A DNA stretch of 37,225 nucleotides from a bacterium (lineage in GTDB: Bacteria > Hinthialibacterota > Hinthialibacteria > Hinthialibacterales > Hinthialibacteraceae). This document shows positions 1-9,132 of this stretch, one piece after another. The notes under the pieces are model-generated. The model ran no database searches. It was not told the DNA's origin and saw nothing but the letters and a program-made list of their open reading frames with translations. A program made the position numbers and the translations under genes. The DNA is taken from contig JBHGBC010000049.1 of assembly GCA_041946805.1 (NCBI GenBank), positions 1 through 37,225 on the forward strand. The letters are read 5' to 3'. Position 1 is the stretch's first letter. Each line of letters starts with the position of its first letter.

Positions 1-268
1 AAAGGAGCCGGGGGTGAGGGGGAATGGCGTAGGATGGCTTGGCCCGCAGGGCGTAATCCTTCTCACTCATCCGTCTTTTTTCATCCCCTCTCCCTCGGGG
101 CGAGGGTTCGGGTGTGGGAATACTTGCCAGGACAGACCTTTGTGTCCGCCCGCGTTCCTTTTCTCCCTGATGCACGCATTGCCCGGATGATCCATGAAAA
201 ACCGCCGGCATATCCCTCCGGACCAGGGCGCCTCAAGAATCCTGGATTCCCGCATGCGCGGGGATGAC
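1..268. repeat. intergenic cluster of REP-like palindromes
   Basis: GTAGGATGG hairpin 29-60, CCCTCTCCC..GAGGG unit 85-118, degenerate IR end 172-193, TGGATTCCCGC..GCGGGGATGAC 243-268. Confidence 0.7.
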
Positions 269-321
269 ATCTCCGAATCGGGAAACATCACTCGAATGGA
301 ACACACCGGTTTTGGATTGCT

Positions 322-705
322 TCACTCCGGATACTGGGCGGGGGATTTGCCCACGGCGGCAATACTGCAGGCTTGAACGGCATTCAAACCCAGGGCGCGG
401 GCCTTCTCGATCACCCGCGCGTCCTCCGTCCCCGGATTCAGGAAGACAGTCGGAACGCCTTTTTGTTTCAATTCATCCAGCACCCGCCAAGTCAAGGCGG
501 GGGGCAGATACACGCTGGCAATCTCCACCGGCCCGGGGATATCCAGGATGGACGCGTAACAATTCAAGCCCTCGATGAAATCGGCGCGGGGATGGACGGG
601 ATACACGGTGTAGCCCTGATCCCGGTACGCCCGCACCGCCTTGTTTCCATATTTTCCCCGGTTGCTGGAAGCTCCGATGATCGCAATCGTTTTCGCTTCG
701 TTCAT
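322..705 (-). CDS. CoA-binding protein (YccU-like)
   Basis: 127 aa. Motifs IAIIGASSNRGKYG, VYPVHP, IEGLNCYASILDIP and VFLNPGT match the CoA_binding_2 family. Co-oriented and tightly packed with the upstream SDRs. Confidence 0.9.
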   Translation of the reverse strand: MNEAKTIAIIGASSNRGKYGNKAVRAYRDQGYTVYPVHPRADFIEGLNCYASILDIPGPVEIASVYLPPALTWRVLDELKQKGVPTVFLNPGTEDARVIEKARALGLNAVQACSIAAVGKSPAQYPE

Positions 706-714
706 GTTCAGCCT

Positions 715-1452
715 CTACCGGCGAATGCCGAAATTTTTCAATTGAAACGAGGGAAACAGGCTGTACTCGTTGGTATCCACCTCCTCGGGCAGGCAGATGA
801 GGTACTCGGCCATGGCCGCCACCACGTCCGGCTTCAGGTAGGCGTATTCCTCGGGATGCGGACGGCCGTCCAGCGTCTCGAAGAAATGGGTTTCCGTCAT
901 GCCCGGACACAGGATATGCACGTGGATGTTGTATTCGTGCGCCTCCTTGGCCACGCAATGGGCAAATCCGCTGAGCGCCCACTTGGAGGCGAAGTAGAGG
1001 GAAAAATTCTTGCGGTAGTACTGCGCGGCGATCGAGGAAATGAAGAGGACGCGCCCCCGCCGGGCCTGCATCATGAACGGCAGCGCCCGCCGGGTGCATA
1101 AAAACGGCCCCCGGCAGTTCACGCGCATGGTCAGATCCCATTGCGTTTCGCTGAGCTCCAGCATCGGCCCGTGGCCGGGGACGCCCGCGTTGTTCACCAA
1201 AATGGTCGGCGCGCCGAACCAGTGCTCCGTCTCCGCGAACCACCGTTCGACATCCTCCTCCTGGGACACATCGGCGCGCACCGCCAGAACTTCGATGTTT
1301 TGCCGCCGCAGATGACGGACCGCCGCCGTCAACCGGTCTTTTCTCCGGCCGCACACGCTCACGCGCGCCCCCCGCGCGCCCAGCCGCGCCGCCGTGGCCA
1401 GGCCGATGCCCGAACTCCCGCCGCTGATCATCACGATTTCATTCCGCAACAT
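715..1452 (-). CDS. short-chain dehydrogenase/reductase (SDR)
   Basis: Rossmann motif SGGSSGIG, LVNNAG, catalytic S...YFASK (YxxxK), and LCPGMTET. Confidence 0.92.
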   Translation of the reverse strand: MLRNEIVMISGGSSGIGLATAARLGARGARVSVCGRRKDRLTAAVRHLRRQNIEVLAVRADVSQEEDVERWFAETEHWFGAPTILVNNAGVPGHGPMLELSETQWDLTMRVNCRGPFLCTRRALPFMMQARRGRVLFISSIAAQYYRKNFSLYFASKWALSGFAHCVAKEAHEYNIHVHILCPGMTETHFFETLDGRPHPEEYAYLKPDVVAAMAEYLICLPEEVDTNEYSLFPSFQLKNFGIRR

Positions 1453-1464
1453 CGGTCCCGTCCG

Positions 1465-2190
1465 TCAGTACTGGTTCCGGTCGTAGGTGGTCATGTAGGT
1501 CAGCTCCGGCATTTGGGCGTGTTCAGGCAGGCGGAGCAGAAATTCCACCGCGGCGGCGATTTCCCGGGGCTGGATCCAGTCGATGTCCAGATCCGGTTTG
1601 CCGGTTTCCTCGAAGATCGCGGTCTCGGTGAAACCCGGCCGCAGCACGTGCACCTTGATGCCGTATTCGCACAATTCCTGCCCCAGGCACCCCGCGAAAC
1701 CCTCCAGGCCGCGCTTCACCGCCGTGTAACAGGAAACTCCGGGAAACGAGAACAAGGCCGAAACCGTCGAAATGAAGATGATCCGGCCCCGGCGGCGCGC
1801 GATCATCCCCGGCGCCACCGCCCGCGTCACCAGAAACTGGCCCTTGAGGTTGATGTCGAACTGAGCATCCCAATCCGCCACCGGCATTTCCCACACGGCC
1901 CCGTTCCGGTAGATCCCCGCGTTGTTGATCAAAATATCGATCGGCCCCAGGGTGGTTTCGATCCGCTCCACCGCCGCGCGCACGTCGTCCGCCCGCCGGA
2001 TGTCCAGGGGCAGGGCCAGGCCGTCCGGCGTGACCGCACGCAGCTCCCGCGCGGCCTCCTCCAAATAACTCTCCCGCCGCGCGCACACCGCGACCTTCGC
2101 CCCGGCCCCGGCGAGATGGAGAGCGAGGGCTTTCCCCATGCCGCGGCTGCCCCCCGTGACAAACGCGGTCTGTCCTTCCAGAAATTTCAT
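1465..2190 (-). CDS. short-chain dehydrogenase/reductase (SDR)
   Basis: TGGSRGMG, IDILINNAG, YTAVK (YxxxK), LRPGFTET. Confidence 0.92.
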   Translation of the reverse strand: MKFLEGQTAFVTGGSRGMGKALALHLAGAGAKVAVCARRESYLEEAARELRAVTPDGLALPLDIRRADDVRAAVERIETTLGPIDILINNAGIYRNGAVWEMPVADWDAQFDINLKGQFLVTRAVAPGMIARRRGRIIFISTVSALFSFPGVSCYTAVKRGLEGFAGCLGQELCEYGIKVHVLRPGFTETAIFEETGKPDLDIDWIQPREIAAAVEFLLRLPEHAQMPELTYMTTYDRNQY

Positions 2191-2200
2191 CGGCGGTTGC

Positions 2201-3997
2201 TCACGAAGCGGCCTCGACCCGGTCGGTCAGGAATTGGTCCTTGTATTGCAATTGGTATAGACGGTAATAGATCCCGCCCTGGGCCAGCAACTTGGAATGG
2301 GTTCCGCGTTCCCGGATCTGACCCTGGTGCAGGACGAGGATTTCATCCGATTGTTGGATGGTCGAAAGGCGGTGGGCCACCACGAGGCAGGTCCGCCCCG
2401 TCATCATCTTCTCCATCGCCTCCTGGATGAGGTGCTCGGTTTCCGTGTCCACGCTGGAAGTGGCTTCGTCCAGCACCAGCACCCGGGGATTGGTCACCAG
2501 CGCCCGGGCGAACGACAGCAACTGCTTCTGCCCCGCGGAAAACGTGGCCCCCCGCTCCTTCACTTCGCCCCGGTAGCCACCGGGAATCCGCTCGATGAAG
2601 CGGTCGATCTGCACGATCCGCGCCGCCTCCCGGACGGCCTCCTCCGTCACCCCGGAACGGCCCAGGCCGATGTTGTCGGCGATGGTCCCCGAAAAGAGAA
2701 ACACGTCCTGCAGCACCAGCCCCATTTGGGAGCGCAACACGCCGGGATCGTAATCTTTCACGTCGATGCCATCGACCAGCACCTCGCCCCGCTGGGCGTC
2801 ATAGAACCGGTACAGCAGATTGATGATGGTGCTCTTGCCGGAGCCCGTCGCGCCCACCAGCGCGATCCGCTCGCCCGGCTCCACCCGGAACGTAACATCC
2901 TTCAGCACCCAGTCCTCCCCCGTGTAGGCGAACCAGACATTCCGGAACTCGATGGTTCCCTGAATGGTCCGGCGGACGGGGGACACGGCCGCGGGCAGGC
3001 TGTCCTTCGTATCCAGCAGAGTGAAGATCCGCTCGGCGGCGGCCATGGCGGTCTGCATGATGTTGAACTTGTCGGCCAGGTCGCGGATGGGCTGAAAAAA
3101 CTGCTGCGAGGCCTTGAGAAAGGCCACCAGCGTCCCAAAAGTCACAGTGGAATCCTGCGCCAGCATCCGCCCGCCGCCATACCACAACAACAAGGCGGTC
3201 CCCAGCGCGCCCAGGAATTCCACGGTGGGCAGGAAGAAGGCGAAGTTGACCACGCTGCGGAAATTGGCCTCCTTGTATTGCCGGTTGATCTCGGCAAACT
3301 GCTCGAAATTGCGCCTTTGCCGGCAGAACAGTTGCACGGTCTCCATGCCGGAGATGTTTTCCTGCAAGAACCCATTCATCCGCGACAGCCACCGCCGCAC
3401 ATCCCGGTACGACGCCCGCACGTGTTTTTGAAACGTCAGGCTGGCCCAGGCCATCAACGGCAGCACCGCCAGCGCCACCGCGGTCAAGACGGGACTGAGG
3501 TACAGCATGATCCCCAACAACCCCACGATCATCAACACATCGTTGAAGGTGAACACGACGCAGTTGGCGAACATCGAATCCAGGGCCTCGATGTCGCTGC
3601 TGATGCGGGTCAACAAGTAGCCCACGGGCCGGTGGGTGAAAAACGACAACGGCATGGACTCCAGATGGCCGAACAGGCGCACCCGCAGGTCGAACATCGC
3701 CCGCTGGCTCATCAGGTTGACCAGGTAAAATTCCACGTATTGGAATCCCAGGGCCACCACCAGGAGGAGCGCGTAAATCAAGCCCAGAGCGCTCAACCCC
3801 TCCCGGATCTTGTGCGTGATGTAATTATCCACCACGACCTTGTACAGGTACACCGAAGCCGTCAGCTCGATCACCGTGAAGAACAACAGGGATATCAGCG
3901 ATAAAATGAGATACTGGCGGTAGGGGTAGACATAATGCAAAAGACGCTTCATCAAGCGCGCGTCATACGCCTTACCGGTGATGGTTTCTTCATTCAT
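2201..3997 (-). CDS. ABC exporter, fused permease/ATP-binding half-transporter (MdlB/YfiC/TM288-like)
   Basis: Multi-helix N-terminal membrane domain, Walker A GATGSGKST, signature FSAGQKQL, Walker B VLVLDEATSSVD, H-loop AHRLS. ATG at 3997 chosen; TTG at 4006 is also possible. Confidence 0.93.
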   Translation of the reverse strand: MNEETITGKAYDARLMKRLLHYVYPYRQYLILSLISLLFFTVIELTASVYLYKVVVDNYITHKIREGLSALGLIYALLLVVALGFQYVEFYLVNLMSQRAMFDLRVRLFGHLESMPLSFFTHRPVGYLLTRISSDIEALDSMFANCVVFTFNDVLMIVGLLGIMLYLSPVLTAVALAVLPLMAWASLTFQKHVRASYRDVRRWLSRMNGFLQENISGMETVQLFCRQRRNFEQFAEINRQYKEANFRSVVNFAFFLPTVEFLGALGTALLLWYGGGRMLAQDSTVTFGTLVAFLKASQQFFQPIRDLADKFNIMQTAMAAAERIFTLLDTKDSLPAAVSPVRRTIQGTIEFRNVWFAYTGEDWVLKDVTFRVEPGERIALVGATGSGKSTIINLLYRFYDAQRGEVLVDGIDVKDYDPGVLRSQMGLVLQDVFLFSGTIADNIGLGRSGVTEEAVREAARIVQIDRFIERIPGGYRGEVKERGATFSAGQKQLLSFARALVTNPRVLVLDEATSSVDTETEHLIQEAMEKMMTGRTCLVVAHRLSTIQQSDEILVLHQGQIRERGTHSKLLAQGGIYYRLYQLQYKDQFLTDRVEAAS

Positions 3998-4038
3998 ACT
4001 CGACAATAGAGCATCCCGGATCCAAAATCAATTTATCA

Positions 4039-4250
4039 GGTTCATCCGGTAAGTGCGCACTTTGTATCAACCAGGTCGGGCCGCTCTTCCTTCGGGCGGG
4101 TCGGGGAGATCAATCCCCTCATCCCCTCTCCCTCGGGAAAAGGGCTGGGATGAGGGAATTTTGGCAGGGGCGGACCTGAGTCTCCACCCGGATCGGCGAG
4201 TGGAGGAAAAACCTTTTTTCTCTGGCAGGTACGCACTTGCCGGATGAACC
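4039..4250. mobile_element. MITE-like element bounded by 22-bp inverted repeats and containing REP-like palindromes
   Basis: ggttcatccggtaagtgcgcac (4039-4060) matches the reverse complement of gtacgcacttgccggatgaacc (4229-4250) at 20/22 positions. Confidence 0.55.
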
Positions 4251-4265
4251 ATTCATCAGTTTATC

Positions 4266-5150
4266 ATGAATCAGGAAAACACTGAAGTACGTTTTGTCCC
4301 CTCCCGTTCCTGGAAAAACACGGTGGCGCTCTCCGTGGACGTGGAGGATTATTTCATGAGCCCGGAAGCCGTTCCCTTCGAAGAGTGGGCCGGCTATCCC
4401 TCCGCCATCCATACGGGGATGGAACAGTTGCTGGAACTCTTCCAGGAGTACAACGCCAAGGCCACGTTTTTCTTCGTCGGCTGGCTGGCGGAACGCTACC
4501 CTGAAATCGTGCATTGGACCCGCGGGGCCGGCCACGAAATCGCCACCCACACCTACACCCACCACTTCGTCACCGAACTGGGACCCAAGGAATTCGAGGC
4601 TTCCCTCCTGCGCAGCCTGGATATCCTGCAATCCTTGGTTCCCGATCAACCCATCCGCGGCCACCGCGCCCCCGCTTTTTCGCTTCCGCGGGATCAAAAA
4701 TGGCCCTTCGATATTCTCCGCGGACACGGCATCGCCTACGATTCGTCGATCAATCCCCATGCCACCTACCTCTACGGCGACGCCCGGGCGCCTCGTTTCC
4801 CCTACGCATGGCACGGAATCGTGGAACTCCCCCCCGCCGTGGTGGAATGGGCCGGCTTCCGGCTGCCGGCCGGCGGCGGCGGAACGTTGCGCGTGTTGCC
4901 GGAATGGTATCTCGAACGAGCCCGGCTCCGGTACCAGGCGGAAGGATTCCCCCCGGTCATTTATATTCATCCCTGGGAAATGGTTCCCGGCCATCCCCCT
5001 CTCTCCCTGCCCTGGAAGCAACGTTGGATTCACTACACCGGCCTGGATACCACCCGCCGCAAGCTGCGCGCCCTCCTGCAGAATCACACGGCCATCTCCC
5101 TGGGGGATTATTATCAGAAATTGATGGAAAACCACGCGGAATTCCCGTAA
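4266..5150 (+). CDS. polysaccharide deacetylase family protein (NodB domain plus DUF3473-like C-terminus)
   Basis: SVDVEDYF, ATFFFVGWLAE, GHEIATHTYTH, GHRAPAFS, YDSS, GGGGTLR, YIHPWE. Confidence 0.88.
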   Translation: MNQENTEVRFVPSRSWKNTVALSVDVEDYFMSPEAVPFEEWAGYPSAIHTGMEQLLELFQEYNAKATFFFVGWLAERYPEIVHWTRGAGHEIATHTYTHHFVTELGPKEFEASLLRSLDILQSLVPDQPIRGHRAPAFSLPRDQKWPFDILRGHGIAYDSSINPHATYLYGDARAPRFPYAWHGIVELPPAVVEWAGFRLPAGGGGTLRVLPEWYLERARLRYQAEGFPPVIYIHPWEMVPGHPPLSLPWKQRWIHYTGLDTTRRKLRALLQNHTAISLGDYYQKLMENHAEFP

Positions 5151-5313
5151 CGGGACACTCCAAAGCGGTTTTCCCGCGCGGTGTCCCTGCCGCGGGAGGG
5201 CCCCCCCGCCTTCGATCCTGCCGGATCATAAACAAGACGCACGGATTGAAAATCAAAGGCCATTCTTCATGGAAGATCGGCGCGGCGGGAGCCACGTCTT
5301 CCCATACTTTTCC

Positions 5314-5862
5314 TCACTCAATCTCCCCCAACCGGTTGCCCGCCGCGTCAACATAGAGATAACCTTCGCTCTCCAAGCCGTTGCTGGAGTGATAGGGCGC
5401 CGACCAAAACTCATACGCCGGCCAGCCGTCCCGCGGACCGGCAGGGATGATCCGGGGGGCGGTTCCCGACGGCCCCGGACTCCACACGAACCACACGGGT
5501 TTGTTTTCCACCGGAACCGGAAGCGCCGCGGAAGCATGACGCACATAGCCGTAATGGAGGGATAATATCCGGGAACTGTCCGGCCCCGGCGCGAACGGGT
5601 CCAGCCAATCCACGGCCGGGACCTGGGGAAACAGCGCCTGGACCGGAACGGCCAAGTTCCCCTCCCGGCGTTTCAGGTCTTCGGGAACCCGGGCCGGCAC
5701 GAGCGGATCCATCCCGGCGCTCCCCGTCAACGACAGCGCCTCCTCCGCCCGGCCGAAAAAGTGAATGGCGTTCACCTCGGTCCGCAGCACCCGGTACCGC
5801 CAGGTCAGAACCGCCATCAGCCCCAGGATCACCAGCGCCAGCCGCCCCCAGTTCCAAATCAT
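5314..5862 (-). CDS. membrane-anchored hypothetical protein with a pseudopilin-head-like C-terminal region
   Basis: N-terminal hydrophobic helix. The motifs LDPF, WFVWSPGP and YHSSNGLESEG parallel LDPF, WQLRGFGP and YDVSNGIRSEG in the pilin-like protein at 17721. Starts 3 nt after the dgt stop. Confidence 0.65.
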   Translation of the reverse strand: MIWNWGRLALVILGLMAVLTWRYRVLRTEVNAIHFFGRAEEALSLTGSAGMDPLVPARVPEDLKRREGNLAVPVQALFPQVPAVDWLDPFAPGPDSSRILSLHYGYVRHASAALPVPVENKPVWFVWSPGPSGTAPRIIPAGPRDGWPAYEFWSAPYHSSNGLESEGYLYVDAAGNRLGEIE

Positions 5863-5865
5863 GGC

Positions 5866-6981
5866 TCAACACCCGAACAATTGGCGGTGGTCTTCCTCGG
5901 CGTAGCGGTCGGTCATGCCGGAAATATAATCCGCCACCGCCCGCGCGAGCCCCTCGGTTTCGATCCGTTGTTGATACGCGATGGGCATTTGCCGCGGCTG
6001 CCGGCGGTAATGCCCGGCCAGCGCCTCGATTATGCGGTAACACCGGCTGTTGGCGCGCAAGACCCGCGGATGCTGGTACAGCTTTTCGGATAAAAAAGCC
6101 CGCGCCTCATCCACCAGGGTTCGCATCGCTTCACTGAATCCCACCACCCCCGCGTATGACGGACCGGACAAGGTCTCCAGGCGGCGGGCGGTGGACGTGA
6201 GGACATCCGTCACCTCGGCGTTGATCACCGCGATGATCAGCTGATACCGCTTGCGCTTGCCGTCCATGACCGGATTGTGCTCCAAGGCGGCCGCGAAAGC
6301 GTCGCGCCACAACGGCACCCGCAGCACCTCCTCCTCACGTAAAAAGCCCGCCTCGATCCCGTCATCCAGATCGTGGCTGGTGTACGAGATTTCATCGGCG
6401 ATATCCACGATTTGCGACTCGATGGACACGTCCGGCGGCAGGTCGCTCCCCATCCCCGGATAGGGCTGCTTGTCCTTCAGGATTCCCCGGCGCGTTTCCC
6501 GCGTCAGGTTCAATCCCGGAAAATCGGGATACCGGCACTCCAGGAGGTCCACGATGCGCAACGCCTGGGCGTTGTGCTCGAAACTCCCGCCTTCCGGCAT
6601 CAGCTGGTTCAGAATCCGCTCCCCGGCGTGGCCGAACGGGGGATGCCCCAGATCGTGCGCCAACGCTCCCGCCTCGCACAACTCCTCGTTCACGCGGAGG
6701 GCGCGGGCCAGGGTCCGCGCAATCTGGGCGACCTCCAGGGTGTGCGTCAGCCGCGTGCGGTAATGATCCCCCGATCCGGCCAGAAACACCTGGGTTTTGT
6801 ACTCGAGCCGCCGGAACGCCTCGCAGTGGACAATCCGGTCCCGGTCCCGCTGAAAACACGTCCGGTATTCGTGCTCTTCCTCGGGATATAACCGCCCGCG
6901 GGAATCGCCCGAGAAAACCGCGTAGGGAGCCAGGATCCCCCGCTCCCGCTGTTCCTGTTCCTGACGGGTTAAAAAATTCAA
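5866..6981 (-). CDS. dgt: deoxyguanosinetriphosphate triphosphohydrolase (dGTPase, HD family)
   Basis: RTCFQRDRDRIVH, FRRLEYKTQVF, RTRLTHTLEVAQIAR, AHDLGHPPFGHAGE, FEHNAQ, ADEISY..HDLDDG, DYISGMTD. TTG start. Confidence 0.95.
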   Translation of the reverse strand: MNFLTRQEQEQRERGILAPYAVFSGDSRGRLYPEEEHEYRTCFQRDRDRIVHCEAFRRLEYKTQVFLAGSGDHYRTRLTHTLEVAQIARTLARALRVNEELCEAGALAHDLGHPPFGHAGERILNQLMPEGGSFEHNAQALRIVDLLECRYPDFPGLNLTRETRRGILKDKQPYPGMGSDLPPDVSIESQIVDIADEISYTSHDLDDGIEAGFLREEEVLRVPLWRDAFAAALEHNPVMDGKRKRYQLIIAVINAEVTDVLTSTARRLETLSGPSYAGVVGFSEAMRTLVDEARAFLSEKLYQHPRVLRANSRCYRIIEALAGHYRRQPRQMPIAYQQRIETEGLARAVADYISGMTDRYAEEDHRQLFGC

Positions 6982-7038
6982 TTCCCAAGCCTCGCTGAAT
7001 CGGTGGTGATGATCATTTGAACCTGCCGGGATACGGCG

Positions 7039-7623
7039 TCAAATCGACTCCGGCGGCACGTATCCGGGACGCACCGCGCTCATGTCGATCACTTCATTCC
7101 CCACCCGGTACAGGTTGCCGCCCAGGTAATACACCAGACGCGTGGTGGGAAGCCACCCGCCATTGTATCCGGCGTCATAAGATGAAGGATCCACGGTGAC
7201 GGACAACACCTCGCCCGTGATCAGGGGACGGTTCCCGCTGGGATGGATATCCCGCACCCGGCATTCAATGTTCGCCAGACAGTTGGTCACCGCCAGGGGA
7301 CTGACCGCCCGGCCCCGCGCCGTGGTCAGATTCAAATGGCTGAATTTGTCCACGTCCCGCCCGGAATGAACCCCGCAAAAATGAACGGCTTTCAGCAGCT
7401 TCTCGTCCGGCACCGCCAGGATGAAATCGCCGCTTTCCCGGATATAATGATAACTTGTGGAACTGGGTTTGAGCGAAAGAGCCAGCATCGGGGGATCGGT
7501 GCTCACCGGCATGTACCACACCAGCGGGCTGAGCGTGCTGTAACGGCCCTGGCGTGAGGACAGCAACACCACGGGATGAGTGATCAACATGAGCTCGCAA
7601 GACTCGTTGGACACGGTGATCAT
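7039..7623 (-). CDS. flavin reductase family protein
   Basis: HPVVLLSS, WYMPVSTDPPML, IRESGDFIL, CGVHSGRDVDKF, CLANIECRV, GEVL. ATG at 7623 preferred over the longer track ORF. Confidence 0.88.
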   Translation of the reverse strand: MITVSNESCELMLITHPVVLLSSRQGRYSTLSPLVWYMPVSTDPPMLALSLKPSSTSYHYIRESGDFILAVPDEKLLKAVHFCGVHSGRDVDKFSHLNLTTARGRAVSPLAVTNCLANIECRVRDIHPSGNRPLITGEVLSVTVDPSSYDAGYNGGWLPTTRLVYYLGGNLYRVGNEVIDMSAVRPGYVPPESI

Positions 7624-7845
7624 GGACGCGGCCTTCTTCCGGACCTGAACGGAGCCGAACCGGGGATTTTCGCCTCCGGTTTTCCTTCCCCGCACCCGGA
7701 AAACCGGACTTCCGCCCTCTTTTCCCTCATTTCCGGCTCCCCGGACGGTTTATAACCGTTGCTTTTCGCCGCAACCATTATTACAATCGCTTTTTGCATA
7801 TACAATCCTGGCTAACTCGAAAGCCGTTATAGTTAGGTAAGTGAT

Positions 7846-9132
7846 TTGGATATTGCAACGACCCATCTAACCCGTTCGCCGTACGAAATATTGAGAGTCA
7901 ACCGCTGGGCCGAAGACGAGGTTATCAAGCAACAGTATTTCCACCTCGTCAAGCAGTACAACCCGGAATATTTCCCGGATGAATTCATCGAAATCCGGAC
8001 GGCGTATGACGTCCTGAAGGACATCAATTCGAGGGCGGCGACCGACACCGAATTGTTCTCGCCCGCTCCCCCCTTCGCCTTTTCCGATTATCCGGATTAC
8101 CCCCATCAAACCCTCTCCCTGTTCAAACTCAACCAGGAGATGAAAACCCTCCGGGGAGACACCCCGCTCGAACTCTTGTCCGGCGCGGCCCGCGATCAGG
8201 CGCTCCACCTGCTCCGGGGCATCGGCTTGTACTACGTCTCCCACAACCAGTTTCCGGAAGCCGTGGAAACCTGGCAACAAGTTTTGACTCTTGCGCCGGA
8301 CAATGAAGAGATCCGCCGCAACATGGCGTATGTCTACTGGCGCGACGGGTATGAAAAGGCGTGCGAAGGCAACTTCCCCAAAGCGCAGGAAATCTTCACC
8401 CAGCTCCTGGACTCGGGCATCCGGCACGGCGCGGTCTATCAGAACCTGGCTCTATGCCTCGAAAAACAGGGGAAAAAGGATGCCGCGCTGGAAAATTGGT
8501 CCCAGGTGCTCGAATATTACAAACAAGAACTGAAAAACGATCCCAACAACGAATACCTCAAATCCCTGGTTCTCGCCGTCCACAAGTACACGGGCGGACG
8601 GTTTCTCAAGGAGAACAAGGCGCTTACGGAAGACAACGAATACGTCTCCGCCCGCTCGGCCAAGGAACTCGGTTACGCCTGCATCAAGAACGGAAATTGG
8701 AAACAAGCCGCCGACGCCCTGGAACGCGCCCTCAACGAAGATAAAAACGACATCGACGTCCTCTGCCAGTTGGGATGGGCCTATCTCAACACCAATCAGC
8801 ACGCCAAGGCCTTTCACATGTGGAACAGCGCGCTGAAAAAAGCTCCCGGCCGCCGCCAGGTCGTCGATCACCTCGTCCGCGGATACACCATTTTCGGCAA
8901 GCGCCTCAAGGATCAACGGATCCTCAACCAGGCGCTCGTGCAATTCAAAAACGCGCTGAAATACGAACCCTTGAACATCGAAATCCGGACTCTCCTGGCG
9001 GACACTTTCTTCCAAATGCGCAACTATCCCTCCGCCATCCAGGAGTATCAACGCATTCTGGACATCGAGCCCCGTAACAAAGAGGCGCGGCAAGGGATCC
9101 GGGAAGCCAAACGCCTCGGGGGATTGCGGTAA
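7846..9132 (+). CDS. J-domain-like (DnaJ-type) protein with multiple TPR repeats
   Basis: N-terminus PYEILRV...IKQQYFHLVKQYNPE...FIEIRTAYDVLKD..SRA aligns with the J-domain fold, with NPE in place of HPD. It is followed by many TPR motifs such as LGWAYLNTNQHAKA and LADTFFQMRNYPSAIQEYQRILDIEP. TTG start. Confidence 0.85.
   Translation: MDIATTHLTRSPYEILRVNRWAEDEVIKQQYFHLVKQYNPEYFPDEFIEIRTAYDVLKDINSRAATDTELFSPAPPFAFSDYPDYPHQTLSLFKLNQEMKTLRGDTPLELLSGAARDQALHLLRGIGLYYVSHNQFPEAVETWQQVLTLAPDNEEIRRNMAYVYWRDGYEKACEGNFPKAQEIFTQLLDSGIRHGAVYQNLALCLEKQGKKDAALENWSQVLEYYKQELKNDPNNEYLKSLVLAVHKYTGGRFLKENKALTEDNEYVSARSAKELGYACIKNGNWKQAADALERALNEDKNDIDVLCQLGWAYLNTNQHAKAFHMWNSALKKAPGRRQVVDHLVRGYTIFGKRLKDQRILNQALVQFKNALKYEPLNIEIRTLLADTFFQMRNYPSAIQEYQRILDIEPRNKEARQGIREAKRLGGLR

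Noticed and set aside
2297..3904. Other long antisense ORFs (2297-3904, 1141-2430, 11896-13314, 16241-17386, 26486-27946)
   Set aside because: Each overlaps a confidently identified gene on the opposite strand and has shadow-ORF composition.
5866..6981. dGTPase as an anti-phage nucleotide-depletion defence gene
   Set aside because: It looks like the common ~370-aa housekeeping Dgt and has no defence-island neighbours.
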